This document shows, piece by piece, positions 10,936 to 21,458 of a stretch of 64,000 bases of DNA. The first letter of the stretch is position 1, and each line of letters begins with the position of its first letter. The position numbers and the translations under genes were made by a program. The stretch is taken from positions 34,594-98,593 of IMG/VR virus record IMGVR_UViG_3300011008_000023, one strand, 5' to 3'. The notes under the pieces were generated by a model. That model did no database searches and had not been told where the DNA came from. It saw nothing but the letters and a program-made list of their open reading frames with translations. This DNA is from a virus. Its lineage: Duplodnaviria; Caudoviricetes.

Positions 10936-11258
10936 AATTTAATAAATTTTAAACCATAATCCTTTTCTAAAACTTTCTTAACAGGAATCCAGTAGGTACG
11001 AGAATCTACTCCCCACCAATGCCCTTCATTAGGATGTAGATATTCATGTACTTTACTCCTAACTCTCCAGTTATAGCGGTCATAGAATGCTTTAACAGCC
11101 TGCTCCCTAGTTTTAAAAAACATCTTACCTCCTATAGTAAGAATTTTACCAGAGATAGTAATAGCCCAACCCTTCTCTTGCCCATTAATTGTACTATTTT
11201 GAAATAAGTCACGCACGAAGGAGGGTGTTATAAATCTTTCAATATTGTCTACAGACAT
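10932..11258 (-). CDS. hypothetical protein
   Basis: Packed ORF. Confidence 0.7.
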   Translation of the reverse strand: MSVDNIERFITPSFVRDLFQNSTINGQEKGWAITISGKILTIGGKMFFKTREQAVKAFYDRYNWRVRSKVHEYLHPNEGHWWGVDSRTYWIPVKKVLEKDYGLKFIKL

Positions 11259-11260
11259 AA

Positions 11261-11407
11261 TTATTTAGACTTTATTGCTTTAATAATTTGAATAAATGGA
11301 GTTGTTAATGCTAATATAATAAATGCAAAGCAACTTAGCAACAGCTCTAGCAATTTCAGTGGTATTAGTATTAACAACTCCAATAAATCTTCACACCAAG
11401 ATTTCAT
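11261..11407 (-). CDS. small hydrophobic protein (48 aa, not in ORF track)
   Basis: MKSWCEDLLELLILIPLKLLELLLSCFAFIILALTTPFIQIIKAIKSK; overlaps the polA stop. Confidence 0.5.
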   Translation of the reverse strand: MKSWCEDLLELLILIPLKLLELLLSCFAFIILALTTPFIQIIKAIKSK

Positions 11408-13732
11408 TTATGTACCCAATAATGTTCTACTGTTGGTTTAGCAGGAATTGGTAGTGATTTACAATACTTTGCAGCAGATGCACTCATTAATGATGCTAGT
11501 ATTTTAGGAAATTCTTTTAGCTCTTCTGGATATTCACAATTAATTTCATCATGGACTACTGCACAAAGCTTAACTTTTCCAAACATATTATTATCAACTA
11601 TCCAATTAAATAACTGGGTCATAGCGTCTTTCATAATGATAGCTCCGGTCAATAATGTTACCTCTGAGGCTCTTTATCCTCAGACTCAATAGATTCCTTT
11701 TCTCTACTGTTCAGACTATATCTTAACACATTTTTACAAAAGGCTTGGAGCTCTTTGTAGTTAGCACAATGTGTTCTCCCTTTTCTTGGTACTTTACTAT
11801 CCTATAAGGATTCCATGTACTAGTCGTTACACCTTCTTAATATTACTATTAAGCTTGGCTCGGTATTAGCATCTCAGCCTTCACCGAATTTAAGGAGTTT
11901 AATCAGGGCCACCGACCCTGAGTAGGAGAATTAAGGGCATACCTATCATATTTACTTGCAGCCTGAAAATGATTTCTTACCATTACAGCAATTTCATCTC
12001 CAGTGCCTTTATGATTCTGCCTATAATCTTCCCAAAACTTTTCATTAAAAGATGATTGCCTTTCTTTCCATTCTTCCCAATCCCACCAGTAGACTTTATG
12101 TCCAGTAATAGGTGATATTACTACATACCCATTTTTTCTGACAAATGCACTACCTTTTTTAACAAAGGCAGTTCTACCTGAGAAGAATTTATTTAGGTCA
12201 TCTATGTATTTCTGAGCTTGTTCTTCACTACAACCTGCTGATTTTGCTATTGTAGGTGCAGCAGCACCAAACAAATATGCAAATTCAACTCCTTTAACTT
12301 TATTTCTCCATTGAGGAGCTTTCTTATCTACTTCTAGCGCAGAGGTACAACCACACTCTTCACATTCTTTTCTAAATACTGCCCACGCAAACATTGCATG
12401 TGTATCTCCAGTTCTCTCTGTGAATTCTTTCTTCATTTCGGTGTCATTGTATATATCTGCACCTAATCTAGATTCTTCTGCAGAGAAATCACAAGACACA
12501 AACATATTACCCTCCTCAGATACAAAGCATGCTCTAGTTTCAGCATCATGGGGAAGTTGCTGTAAATTTACATACTTAATATCTTTGAGGTGTTTGTATT
12601 TTGCCAAATCTTTATTTGAGCCCCCTCCAGAAGACATCCTTCCAGTAGCTGCACCTATTTGCTTAAATGTAGTATGTAATCTACCAGTCTTTGGATTAAT
12701 CAAGTCCAAATGACCTTGCCCATAAGTTCCTACTACTTTAGAAGCCTCTTTATAATTAAAATATAATTTAAGAAACTCATCATTAATACCTTTCTGATTA
12801 GATAACTCTTTTTCAAGAACAGTATCTTTATCTTCACCTGTTTTTTTGTCTTGAGTAGAAGTATTAAATCCTAATTTCTTAGCTATTTTGATTACCTGTT
12901 GAGAAGAGTCCCAATTAACAGAACATTTAGGAGTTAAATCAAATCCTGTAAATAAATATCCTTGAGTATCAACATATGTGTATTCTTCAAATTGTCCAGA
13001 ATCAATAATAAATTGGTCAAGAAGGGCCTTTCTTTCAGCAAGATTCTTTTGGTCTTTCTCCATTTTGGCTTTCCATTTCTTCTCATCTAATTTGATTCCA
13101 CACCATTCAAGATATGCCATTGCTGGTACTGCTGCACATTCTAATTGAGCACCTACTATGCAACCTTTACGTTTACATTCGAGAAATTGTTTATCTGCTA
13201 TATCTTCTAGATAGACAACATCTCCTGCAGCATATTTAATAACGCTACTATCTAAACCTCTCCAAATAATTTCACCTCTAACAGTTTTGTCTATATCAAT
13301 ATTTAAATATCTCATAGCTATTTCTTTGAGAGAGAAGCTTACTCCTCCATAATTTCCATAAGAAGGATATCCTAGATACAATAATTGTTCAACAATCATA
13401 GTATCATATATCTTTCTAGGCTTTATATTATAATTGTAAAGGAATTGTAAATCAAACTTTGCATTTTGAAGAATAAGCTGTTTAGTTTCAAGTACTTCTT
13501 TATACTCTTTTATACTAATATCAGCACAATCAACGACAATTTGATTACCGGCAGCTCTATTTCCAAATTGTGCACAAAGTAAATCACATAAATGAGGGTC
13601 TCTACCAGAGGTTTCAGTATCGAATTGAATAACATTCCAATCTTTCATCATATTTAAAGACTCTTCTACAGTGATGATTTTATAATCAGAATGTTCAAAC
13701 AACTCTCTATTTAAAGAGACTAAATAAATCAT
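11404..13732 (-). CDS. polA: family A DNA polymerase, two exons (13732-11915 and 11649-11404; 687 aa spliced)
   Basis: Exonuclease FDTET, ATGRMSS, motif A DFSAEESR and motif B RNKVKGVEFAYLFG. Joining the exons restores ALNSPTQG|TGAIIMK, and motif C VHDE lies in exon 2. Confidence 0.93.
11650..11914 (-). ncRNA. group I self-splicing intron (ORF-less, 265 nt) in polA
   Basis: 5' exon ends in U (CAGGGU) and pairs with IGS GCCCUG (P1). Intron 5' CGGU pairs with 3' exon ACCG (P10). Core elements UAACGACUAG and AAGAUAUAGUCU (P7). Intron ends in G and removal restores the frame. Confidence 0.92.
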
Positions 13733-14232
13733 TATCTATATGCTATTAATTCTTTGAAATCAAGAATATATTTATATTTCTCAAAGAAGCGATTACCTAT
13801 AATACCATGTAACTTTATACCACTTTCTTTCTCTATTGCACCAAATGCAGAAGAGAGATTAACTGCACCAAATTCTTCCTTAAACTTTTGGTCTTTATAG
13901 CCAATCTCAATCATATAATGGTGAGTTTCTATACCACTTCCTTCTACACCAAAGGTATTTGAAGATGCATTTAAATCTTCTGCTTCAATGTCCTTTAGTA
14001 CATCTTCGTTAATATAAGATATATTACTTCCAGTATCTAATAGAAAATGTAATTTCTTATTATCTTGATAAAAAGTTACAATTGGTAACTCAGTCAAATC
14101 CAAACCTTCTTTAAAAGATATTTTAGTTTGTTCTTTACTCTTATTCCTGTTATAGTAACTCCAATTAATATAGAGTATAATTGTCCACATAACTACAAGG
14201 GAAAGAGTAATAATTAAATCTAATCCTTTCAT
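13732..14232 (-). CDS. membrane-anchored retropepsin-like aspartic protease
   Basis: N-terminal TM helix, FLLDTGS and GIIG..F motifs. Confidence 0.8.
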   Translation of the reverse strand: MKGLDLIITLSLVVMWTIILYINWSYYNRNKSKEQTKISFKEGLDLTELPIVTFYQDNKKLHFLLDTGSNISYINEDVLKDIEAEDLNASSNTFGVEGSGIETHHYMIEIGYKDQKFKEEFGAVNLSSAFGAIEKESGIKLHGIIGNRFFEKYKYILDFKELIAYR

Positions 14233-14681
14233 TTTCCTGTACTACCAAATCCACCACTCCCTCTCTCAGTATCAGATAACTCTTCTACAGACTCAAAGCT
14301 AAGTGCTTCTGCGTCTCCAAGTTTAATTTGAATAATTCTATCTCCTACTTTGTATCTTGGCATATTAGGCATAACATGATAAAATATAGCACATACTTCA
14401 CCACGATAGCCCTCATCAATAGTGCCTTCACAATTTGATAGAATCATTCCTGTCTTCCATACAGAACTTCTAGGTCTAATATCAATACTGAGATTGAGGT
14501 CTTTCACATCATAAATAGCGTTTGTCCTATCAATCTCAATAGCAAAACCTAATCCATACTTCCATACATTAGGAGCAATCTCCTCAGCACTCGTTGCTAT
14601 ACAATCATAACAAAAATCCGAATTATGTCCTTTACTAGGAATAACAGCATCTGGATGTAGTTTCTTAATTTTAATTCTCAT
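14229..14681 (-). CDS. dut: trimeric dUTPase
   Basis: RPRSS, GTIDEGYRGE and RGSGGFGSTG. Confidence 0.95.
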   Translation of the reverse strand: MRIKIKKLHPDAVIPSKGHNSDFCYDCIATSAEEIAPNVWKYGLGFAIEIDRTNAIYDVKDLNLSIDIRPRSSVWKTGMILSNCEGTIDEGYRGEVCAIFYHVMPNMPRYKVGDRIIQIKLGDAEALSFESVEELSDTERGSGGFGSTGK

Positions 14682-15150
14682 TATTGTTTGTCCAAAATTT
14701 ATAAGTTATATCATGAAATACCAAACCTTCTTTAGCATAAAACCTTTGATTTGTAGTATTTGATGTAAGAGGTCCTAAAGATTTAATATAAGGACCACTC
14801 TTTACAAAATCAAATGTTATATATGTCGGTCTATCTATAGAAGATGGTATCCAGTTTAAACCCGTGTACCAAGCTACCTTTAGCCTATGATTATTCTTTA
14901 TGTGTTCTGCAAGAGTACATAGAGAAGGAATGTCATTATCTCCTCCTAAAAAACAAACACAAGTAATACCACTATTAGATTCAATCATTTTATCTAGTAG
15001 TTGAGTGGTTAGTACTGTGCCTATATCTTCTTGTAAATAAGATGAGTGGCAACCCTCACACTTATGGGGGCAGCCACTCAAGTTTATACATAAAGATATT
15101 TCATCAGGGACTTCCTGAAAGGTAACTTTAAAATCTACAAACTTTAACAT
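14671..15150 (-). CDS. nrdG: anaerobic ribonucleotide reductase activase (radical SAM)
   Basis: CPHKCEGC (CxxxCxxC) and TNQR; adjacent to nrdD. Confidence 0.92.
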   Translation of the reverse strand: MLKFVDFKVTFQEVPDEISLCINLSGCPHKCEGCHSSYLQEDIGTVLTTQLLDKMIESNSGITCVCFLGGDNDIPSLCTLAEHIKNNHRLKVAWYTGLNWIPSSIDRPTYITFDFVKSGPYIKSLGPLTSNTTNQRFYAKEGLVFHDITYKFWTNNNEN

Positions 15151-17336
15151 ACAGTTTCTTTCTTAGAATACACCCTAGTTAAAGCTTCTTTATACCTTTC
15201 TTTATCAAAGAACTTAATAGGTCTAAGGAATCCAATAACTCTAGTCCACCAAGTGATATGAGTACTTCCACATTTAGGGCAAACCTTTATAGGAGCTTTA
15301 CTAATATAGTGACAATCATCACATTCACTGTTAGGAATATTAAAGGTGAAATATGAAGTACCATTAGCAATAGCAAAATCTATAAGTTTAAGATATTGCT
15401 TTTTGCTAAGATGTTCTTCTAAGTTACAGTGGAGACCCACTCCTCCATCAAGTAGTTCTGTGAACTCTCTTCCGTGAAGTTTAAATTTGTCAAGCACAGA
15501 ACAATTTTCATCACTGGCGATGTAGAAGTAAGAATTGTAGAGATTTCTATCTTCTGGCACCCAGTATCCATCAGATTTATCCCAATTGTAATTTTTACTT
15601 GATAATCCTTCCGCAGGCACAAGCTCGGTATTGAATTGGAAATCTTTTGTGGAGTGGATTTTGTTTTGTTCTGAAATTGTTCCTGTGATGAGTCTACAAA
15701 ACTCTTTGTATTCTTCATTATAATTACATTTAATTCCCACAAACTCAGCTGCCTCATTAAGTCCATTTATACCAATAGTACTAAATAATTTGTGCATATT
15801 GATATATCCAGCAGTAGAAGCATTTAACATACCAGCATCTTCGACCTCATAGAGAAGTGTCTTATAGGCAATGTGATACTTATAAACTCTTTCAAGGATA
15901 CTGATGAGATACTCCCTCAAACCAGTAAGTCCAGGCATATTTACAGTAGAGTCAATAACTCCATTATTTTCTTCAGGAGATTTAGCTTTCTGTCTAGCCC
16001 AATCTTGAATAATCCTGTTAAGATTAAGGGTAATTACATTAGCACTGCCAGTCTGAACTCCAGTAAGACCATTAGTGAAAGAGAAGACATTCTCTGCAAT
16101 TTCATTCCTAAGTCTACAGCAAGAAGCCAGGGCATTAGGATTATCAGAAATATAGGTGAAGAATGAATGTCCCTTAGAATACATTTCTGCAGTGAAGTTC
16201 TTCCATTCTTTATCTTTTATATCACCATCTTCACTAAGCAACGCAACTGTTTCGACGGGGAAGGTTAACAAAGTTTTAGTTCTCTCATTATTAAACCATT
16301 CCATAAAATCTTTCTGTAACCAATTAACTCTCTCCCACATAGGCTTTGTGCCATCAGGGAAACAAAATTCATCAAACAGAGCGTGCCAATAATATTTATC
16401 ATAATAAGATATATTGGTGAAGGGTGACTGATATGACCTATTGCCTGCTGGCTGATTCCATCCGTACACAATTTGCTGATATGCTTGATGAATTGCATCA
16501 ACAATCTTCCTACTAGGAAGAATTGAAGCTTCAATTCTATAAGCTTTCTCATGATAATTAGGTCCAAAGTCTTTTATGCAGAAATAATCAAGGAAATTAA
16601 AGAATTCTCCAAATGCAACTGCTCCTTTACATTGTGCTGAGAGTAGAAATGTAAGATTGACAAGTTGCCCACAAAAGCTGCTAAGATTCTTTGGAGCAAC
16701 AGTGCCAAGGCCATCCATTCCTTTTGTTCCCTCAACAAGCAGAGGATATAAAGATACTGCCTCACAGTAATTTTTAACTGCTGGTGAAGACGCTTCATCA
16801 TGGGCATAGATAATATGAGTTTCCAAATCTTTGGCATATTGCTTAGCAACTTCAGGGAATTGCTTTTCAAGTTGCTTAGTCATTCTGTATCTTTGGATTT
16901 GCCTATTAATTGATTTATACACTTCTCCATCAATATTTGCCACATTCTTAATAGACACATTGGCATTTGCGTCTGTTTCTGATGAGGTGGCAGCATTCTC
17001 TTTGGATTCCATATAATTGTCAATCCAATCAACTCTTTCTTTAATAAATCTAAGCTCTTTATGCTTTTCTCTATAAGAAGCATATGCTAAAGCAACATCC
17101 CATTCTCCTGAAGCAATAATGCTTTTAACAACATCATCTTGAATATCCTCAATATCAATAATTTCTTTATTATTATGCTTAACTTGTATAGTGTTATGCA
17201 CAATATCTTTTGTTAATTGAGGAACATCTTTTCCATCTGCTTCAAATGCTTTCTTTACAACAGCATCAATTTTCTCCCACTCGAAATCTTCAAGTGAACC
17301 ATTTCTTTTCTTTACTTTTACAGTAAACATAGCCAA
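15144..17336 (-). CDS. nrdD: class III anaerobic ribonucleotide reductase
   Basis: N-terminal ATP cone (VKKRNG), SCCRL, C-terminal CxxC...CPKC and the glycyl-radical loop RVIGFL. Confidence 0.95.
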   Translation of the reverse strand: MAMFTVKVKKRNGSLEDFEWEKIDAVVKKAFEADGKDVPQLTKDIVHNTIQVKHNNKEIIDIEDIQDDVVKSIIASGEWDVALAYASYREKHKELRFIKERVDWIDNYMESKENAATSSETDANANVSIKNVANIDGEVYKSINRQIQRYRMTKQLEKQFPEVAKQYAKDLETHIIYAHDEASSPAVKNYCEAVSLYPLLVEGTKGMDGLGTVAPKNLSSFCGQLVNLTFLLSAQCKGAVAFGEFFNFLDYFCIKDFGPNYHEKAYRIEASILPSRKIVDAIHQAYQQIVYGWNQPAGNRSYQSPFTNISYYDKYYWHALFDEFCFPDGTKPMWERVNWLQKDFMEWFNNERTKTLLTFPVETVALLSEDGDIKDKEWKNFTAEMYSKGHSFFTYISDNPNALASCCRLRNEIAENVFSFTNGLTGVQTGSANVITLNLNRIIQDWARQKAKSPEENNGVIDSTVNMPGLTGLREYLISILERVYKYHIAYKTLLYEVEDAGMLNASTAGYINMHKLFSTIGINGLNEAAEFVGIKCNYNEEYKEFCRLITGTISEQNKIHSTKDFQFNTELVPAEGLSSKNYNWDKSDGYWVPEDRNLYNSYFYIASDENCSVLDKFKLHGREFTELLDGGVGLHCNLEEHLSKKQYLKLIDFAIANGTSYFTFNIPNSECDDCHYISKAPIKVCPKCGSTHITWWTRVIGFLRPIKFFDKERYKEALTRVYSKKETVC

Positions 17337-18373
17337 TCAGATAAATTATTAGTACCACCAATCATAATACCAAAAGGAACTTTGGGTCTTTCAGCAAGGT
17401 AAGTCCTTAGTTCATTACCTATATCCTCGGGGTCTCTCAGTTCAATGGGGTGGGTAGATTTTCCCACAATAATTGTACCACGAGTAGTAGTGTCAGAGAA
17501 CTCCCAAACCAGTGGCATTAAAGATGTTTTATTGACAACTATAAACCTATAATCTGCCAAAGTAAATTCTTTGAAATACGGGTCTCTGTCAAGATTATTA
17601 CGAATAATTCTCCAATAAAGCCTTGCTTGAATCTGATAATTCCACTCAACAAAAGACTTATAAAAATCCCACTCATAGTGAGAAGAGGTCTTTAAATCTA
17701 TTGGATAAATTATCTTATTGGCATAATCTACAACAAGTAAATCTGCCATACAACGATATTGTGTATCTCCTAGAGTTGCTTTAAACTTTAACTGATAAAG
17801 TCTCTCAATAGAATCATCAAATGGGTTGTCATGTCTAAAGTAGAATTCAGTAGATGGAGATTCTTTTAATACTCTAACTGATGCAAGAACCTCATTGTAA
17901 ATTTCACTGTTTAAAATGGTCTTACCTTCAGCTAAGAAGAGAAGGTTATAATATTCTTCTCCTTTCTCCTTAATGACTTTAGCACGAGTTTCTGGTTTCC
18001 AATTGTTTTGATAGTTATAATTAGCTGCTTTTTCAATTACTTTAACATCAGGAATATCTTTAATGCTTCTATAAGTAATATGGAATTCAGCAAAACAATC
18101 TTTAACAATCTTAACAATAGTATCAGAGGTATCTGGGAAATTTGCTACAATAAATTTTGAGTTAAATTCTTCCTCTCCACCAGTAATAATTGCATCCACT
18201 GCACTACCAAATGTAAGAGAAGCAGTTTCTTTTTTATCATACAAAGATTCTAGGCAATTGAATCCTCCACGCTCATATGTAGATAATGTAGAGTAACTTA
18301 GTGCAGAATCTCCTCTATATGTTTCCTCAGAAACATTCCAACTAATATCTTTTAATGATTTTTCCTTCATCAT
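17318..18373 (-). CDS. PD-(D/E)xK exonuclease (RecE/exonuclease VIII-like)
   Basis: LSYSTL, FGSAVD, D..DLKT and YQIQARLY. Confidence 0.75.
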   Translation of the reverse strand: MMKEKSLKDISWNVSEETYRGDSALSYSTLSTYERGGFNCLESLYDKKETASLTFGSAVDAIITGGEEEFNSKFIVANFPDTSDTIVKIVKDCFAEFHITYRSIKDIPDVKVIEKAANYNYQNNWKPETRAKVIKEKGEEYYNLLFLAEGKTILNSEIYNEVLASVRVLKESPSTEFYFRHDNPFDDSIERLYQLKFKATLGDTQYRCMADLLVVDYANKIIYPIDLKTSSHYEWDFYKSFVEWNYQIQARLYWRIIRNNLDRDPYFKEFTLADYRFIVVNKTSLMPLVWEFSDTTTRGTIIVGKSTHPIELRDPEDIGNELRTYLAERPKVPFGIMIGGTNNLSDWLCLL

Positions 18374-18669
18374 AATTCCTCTTCATCGTCTTCATAATCA
18401 TTAGGGATTTCCCTTTCTTCTGGATATATAAGATAATAGTACTCATTACAAATAAGTGCTAACTCTCTTATTTTACCTAAATCAGTATTACCGTATTTAA
18501 CTGCGAAATTTCCTTTTTCTAAAGCAATTTCCATTAATTGCAAAGACGACCACGTTAAATCTTTAAGAGATTCCCAATTTCGATTTTCAACAAATTTCTT
18601 TGCATGCTTAATGTCTTTACTGGGCAAATAAGGTATTAACTCATTTATTTTCTGTAATGGACTCGGCAT
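18370..18669 (-). CDS. hypothetical protein
   Basis: Packed ORF. Confidence 0.7.
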   Translation of the reverse strand: MPSPLQKINELIPYLPSKDIKHAKKFVENRNWESLKDLTWSSLQLMEIALEKGNFAVKYGNTDLGKIRELALICNEYYYLIYPEEREIPNDYEDDEEEL

Positions 18670-19159
18670 AATTATTAATAATTTCTAAAGCTTGAAGCAG
18701 CTGTCTCTTAGTATATACTTCAAAAAACATAGACCTTACTCCATCTTTCTCAAATTTATCATCTAAGAATTTTCTAAATAACTTTTTCTTGATATAAAAG
18801 ACATCATTTTCAATACCTTTTACTTCAATCCAGACATCTATGTCATTTTTTCTAAAATAAAAGTCTGGTGTATATCTTATACCAATAACTTTATCAGTTT
18901 TTGGTATAAGTATCTTAGGTATTTTCTTTGTAATGCCTTCTGCTAACATTCTGCTCTCTAGTTGTTTATTTGTTTCTTGGTCATAAAATGGGGTGATGGG
19001 TTTAAATCCCTCCCACAAAAGAAATGTATGTTTCTCATATTCAGGTGTAATACCTTTATCTACAAGAGTTCTATATATCACCTTTTCTGTTTGAGATTTA
19101 AAAGTAATGCCTTTAACCTTAGCTGAAGTAGCATTTCTAATTTTTTTGTTTGGTGCCAT
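18641..19159 (-). CDS. endonuclease / Holliday-junction resolvase (T7 endo I/DUF1064-like)
   Basis: FKSQTE, YTPDF and IEVKG. Confidence 0.75.
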   Translation of the reverse strand: MAPNKKIRNATSAKVKGITFKSQTEKVIYRTLVDKGITPEYEKHTFLLWEGFKPITPFYDQETNKQLESRMLAEGITKKIPKILIPKTDKVIGIRYTPDFYFRKNDIDVWIEVKGIENDVFYIKKKLFRKFLDDKFEKDGVRSMFFEVYTKRQLLQALEIINNYAESITENK

Positions 19160-19836
19160 TAAACTACTTCTTCATTAAATTCATTATACCACACAATGGT
19201 TTCCTTATACTCTTGTTTAAGATACTTATTTATTTCATAAAAAATATCAGATGGCATTCTTTTATTACTTCTTGCATAAAAGGCGGGGTGATTTTCTTTA
19301 AGTATATGATTAGATTTATTAATATAAGGTTCAAAAGTTTGTGCCTGTTGTCCAAAAAGTACAAAAAGATAGTTACCATATGTTGATAAATTTTTAATAA
19401 GCTGTGAAATAAAGGGTCTCCACAATTGAGTGTGAGACCCTATTTTATTTACTTCAACAGTTAGTGCAGAGTTGAGCATGAGGATGCCCTGCTTTGCCCA
19501 ACTCTCTAAAGTATTATCAAATATAATAGGATAATTGTGCGGTCTGGTATAATCTATAGCAGCCTCTTTGATAATCTGTAAAGATGGAGATAAGCTTTCT
19601 TCTGCAACACTGCTAGAATTGCCAAATAATATACCTGTAGCTACACCTTTTTGTGGATATGGGTCTTGTCCTAGAAATATAACTTTGCAGTTACTTAGAG
19701 GGCATAGTTGAAATGCTTTAAAGACATTCTCTTTAGCAGGACAGATACTATTCATAGGAATACTATTTAAGGTCTTTACTAAAGTAGGAATATTAATCAC
19801 CTTTACCCAATCACCAAAGAAACTTTCTATAGACAT
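19159..19836 (-). CDS. ung: uracil-DNA glycosylase (family 1)
   Basis: LGQDPYP, SPSL, WAKQGILMLN and HPA. Confidence 0.93.
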   Translation of the reverse strand: MSIESFFGDWVKVINIPTLVKTLNSIPMNSICPAKENVFKAFQLCPLSNCKVIFLGQDPYPQKGVATGILFGNSSSVAEESLSPSLQIIKEAAIDYTRPHNYPIIFDNTLESWAKQGILMLNSALTVEVNKIGSHTQLWRPFISQLIKNLSTYGNYLFVLFGQQAQTFEPYINKSNHILKENHPAFYARSNKRMPSDIFYEINKYLKQEYKETIVWYNEFNEEVV

Positions 19837-19839
19837 AAC

Positions 19840-20553
19840 TTAATTAAAATCATCAGCAACTTGTCTAAGTACCTCACCAATATGTTCCTTAAGGAAATTA
19901 TTAACTTGGTCGCTTGAAAAGTTATTGAAATCTGGTTTACTAGGTTTTACATAAAAGTCAGAAGAGTCATCTATTACAATTCTGCAGGGAATAGCGGAGT
20001 TCCCCCAATTTGAGATAACGTATGACAAATAGTATGGAATTCCCTTTCTTGCGATAGCTTTATTTACAGTAGTCTCTTCTGTAAATACAGAGGGATGTAC
20101 ATGTATTACATACTCTTGAACTGAAATTATGGAGTTCTCTTCCTTCAAGTGCGCAGTAGACAGTAGTAAAGGAGTATAATTTTTATCTAAAAGAATTCCC
20201 CTATTTCCATAATAGGTGTCATCTTTTACTTTGAAACTGCCTAGTCTTGCATCACACCATCTACAGATATATTTAAATAATGCATCTGCTCCAGAGCAAA
20301 CCTTTACGAATGGTTCTCTGTATAATGGAGCTACAATATCTTCAGGTTCTGTAAGATTCTCTAAATTTGATGTTTCATCAATATATATCAATTGGGATGG
20401 AATTATACACTCGTGTGGAGTGATGGTAGCCTTCACTATACCTCTATAAGCATCAATAGTTCTAGCATCATAAACATGATTAGTGAGTGATTGAAGACTT
20501 CCTCCCATTACAAAGTTGTTCATTGTACTTCGATATGATGCACTAAATTCCAT
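19840..20553 (-). CDS. hypothetical protein coupled to the E1-like gene
   Basis: Start overlaps the E1 stop. Confidence 0.7.
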   Translation of the reverse strand: MEFSASYRSTMNNFVMGGSLQSLTNHVYDARTIDAYRGIVKATITPHECIIPSQLIYIDETSNLENLTEPEDIVAPLYREPFVKVCSGADALFKYICRWCDARLGSFKVKDDTYYGNRGILLDKNYTPLLLSTAHLKEENSIISVQEYVIHVHPSVFTEETTVNKAIARKGIPYYLSYVISNWGNSAIPCRIVIDDSSDFYVKPSKPDFNNFSSDQVNNFLKEHIGEVLRQVADDFN

Positions 20554-21458
20554 TATGTAATAACTTTAAAGAACATTGTTTCTGCAGTGTATTCAGTATA
20601 AAAAGGCAGGTCTCTTGGAACAAGAGGGTCACATTCATTAGCACAGAAATTAACAAATAAATTAACCATAACTGAAGCAATCATATTTGCCATGAAACTG
20701 GTTTGCTTATAACTACAAATAGTTTTATCAGCTTCTGCATCAGTAAATAGAAACTTATCAGCATATCTCTGCATACTAAATTCATCATCTCCTCTTATAC
20801 AAAGAATCTGAAAACTTTCAGCAGCCAATCTACCATCTATGAAGAGATATTTTTTACGAAGGTCTGCTGGTGCTTCTTGAACTTGTCTTTTCCAAGCATT
20901 ATAGAATGTTCTTCTTGCCTCCATATTATCAAAACCACAAATAGCTATTTCGGTACATAGCTCTGTACTATTTGTGAATCTCTCATTAGCAGTTGAAGCA
21001 TAATAGTCAGAGTAGGTACGCATGTGCTCTGCTGTTGCACTTACTTTAAGTTGTCCTACATCATCAGTTTCATATAGCTGACCTGATATATTTGCAGATT
21101 CTACATAATCATCATCATATAAGATAATGGTATCTGGATGCATCCTTGCCAGTAAGAATGCTACATAACTTCCAATTCCTCCTAATCCAGCCAAAGTAAT
21201 TCTCTTAGTTCTAATATTATAATACCACGTAGCACCACTAAATCTGCTTGTAGTTTCTTCAACCAATATACTACCAGAATTTTGAGGAATTACTTCAGGG
21301 ACTTCTTCTTCTGGAGGTGATGATGTATTTGTAGTTTCTGTACTGGTGTCCCATACATCTACACCCTTTGCTGCAGAATACTCTGCCATTGCTCTTGCAA
21401 TGATAGAGTCTATTTCATCTGCTATTCTTGTACTACTGTAATCTTGTGACATAATCAT
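20553..21458 (-). CDS. ThiF/E1-like adenylyltransferase
   Basis: GLGGIGS, DDDYVESANISGQ, FDNMEARR and IDGR; candidate catalytic Cys in ICSYKQ. Confidence 0.9.
   Translation of the reverse strand: MIMSQDYSSTRIADEIDSIIARAMAEYSAAKGVDVWDTSTETTNTSSPPEEEVPEVIPQNSGSILVEETTSRFSGATWYYNIRTKRITLAGLGGIGSYVAFLLARMHPDTIILYDDDYVESANISGQLYETDDVGQLKVSATAEHMRTYSDYYASTANERFTNSTELCTEIAICGFDNMEARRTFYNAWKRQVQEAPADLRKKYLFIDGRLAAESFQILCIRGDDEFSMQRYADKFLFTDAEADKTICSYKQTSFMANMIASVMVNLFVNFCANECDPLVPRDLPFYTEYTAETMFFKVIT

Noticed and set aside
11404-13732. polA pseudogene or split two-subunit polymerase
   Set aside because: A group I intron restores the reading frame exactly.
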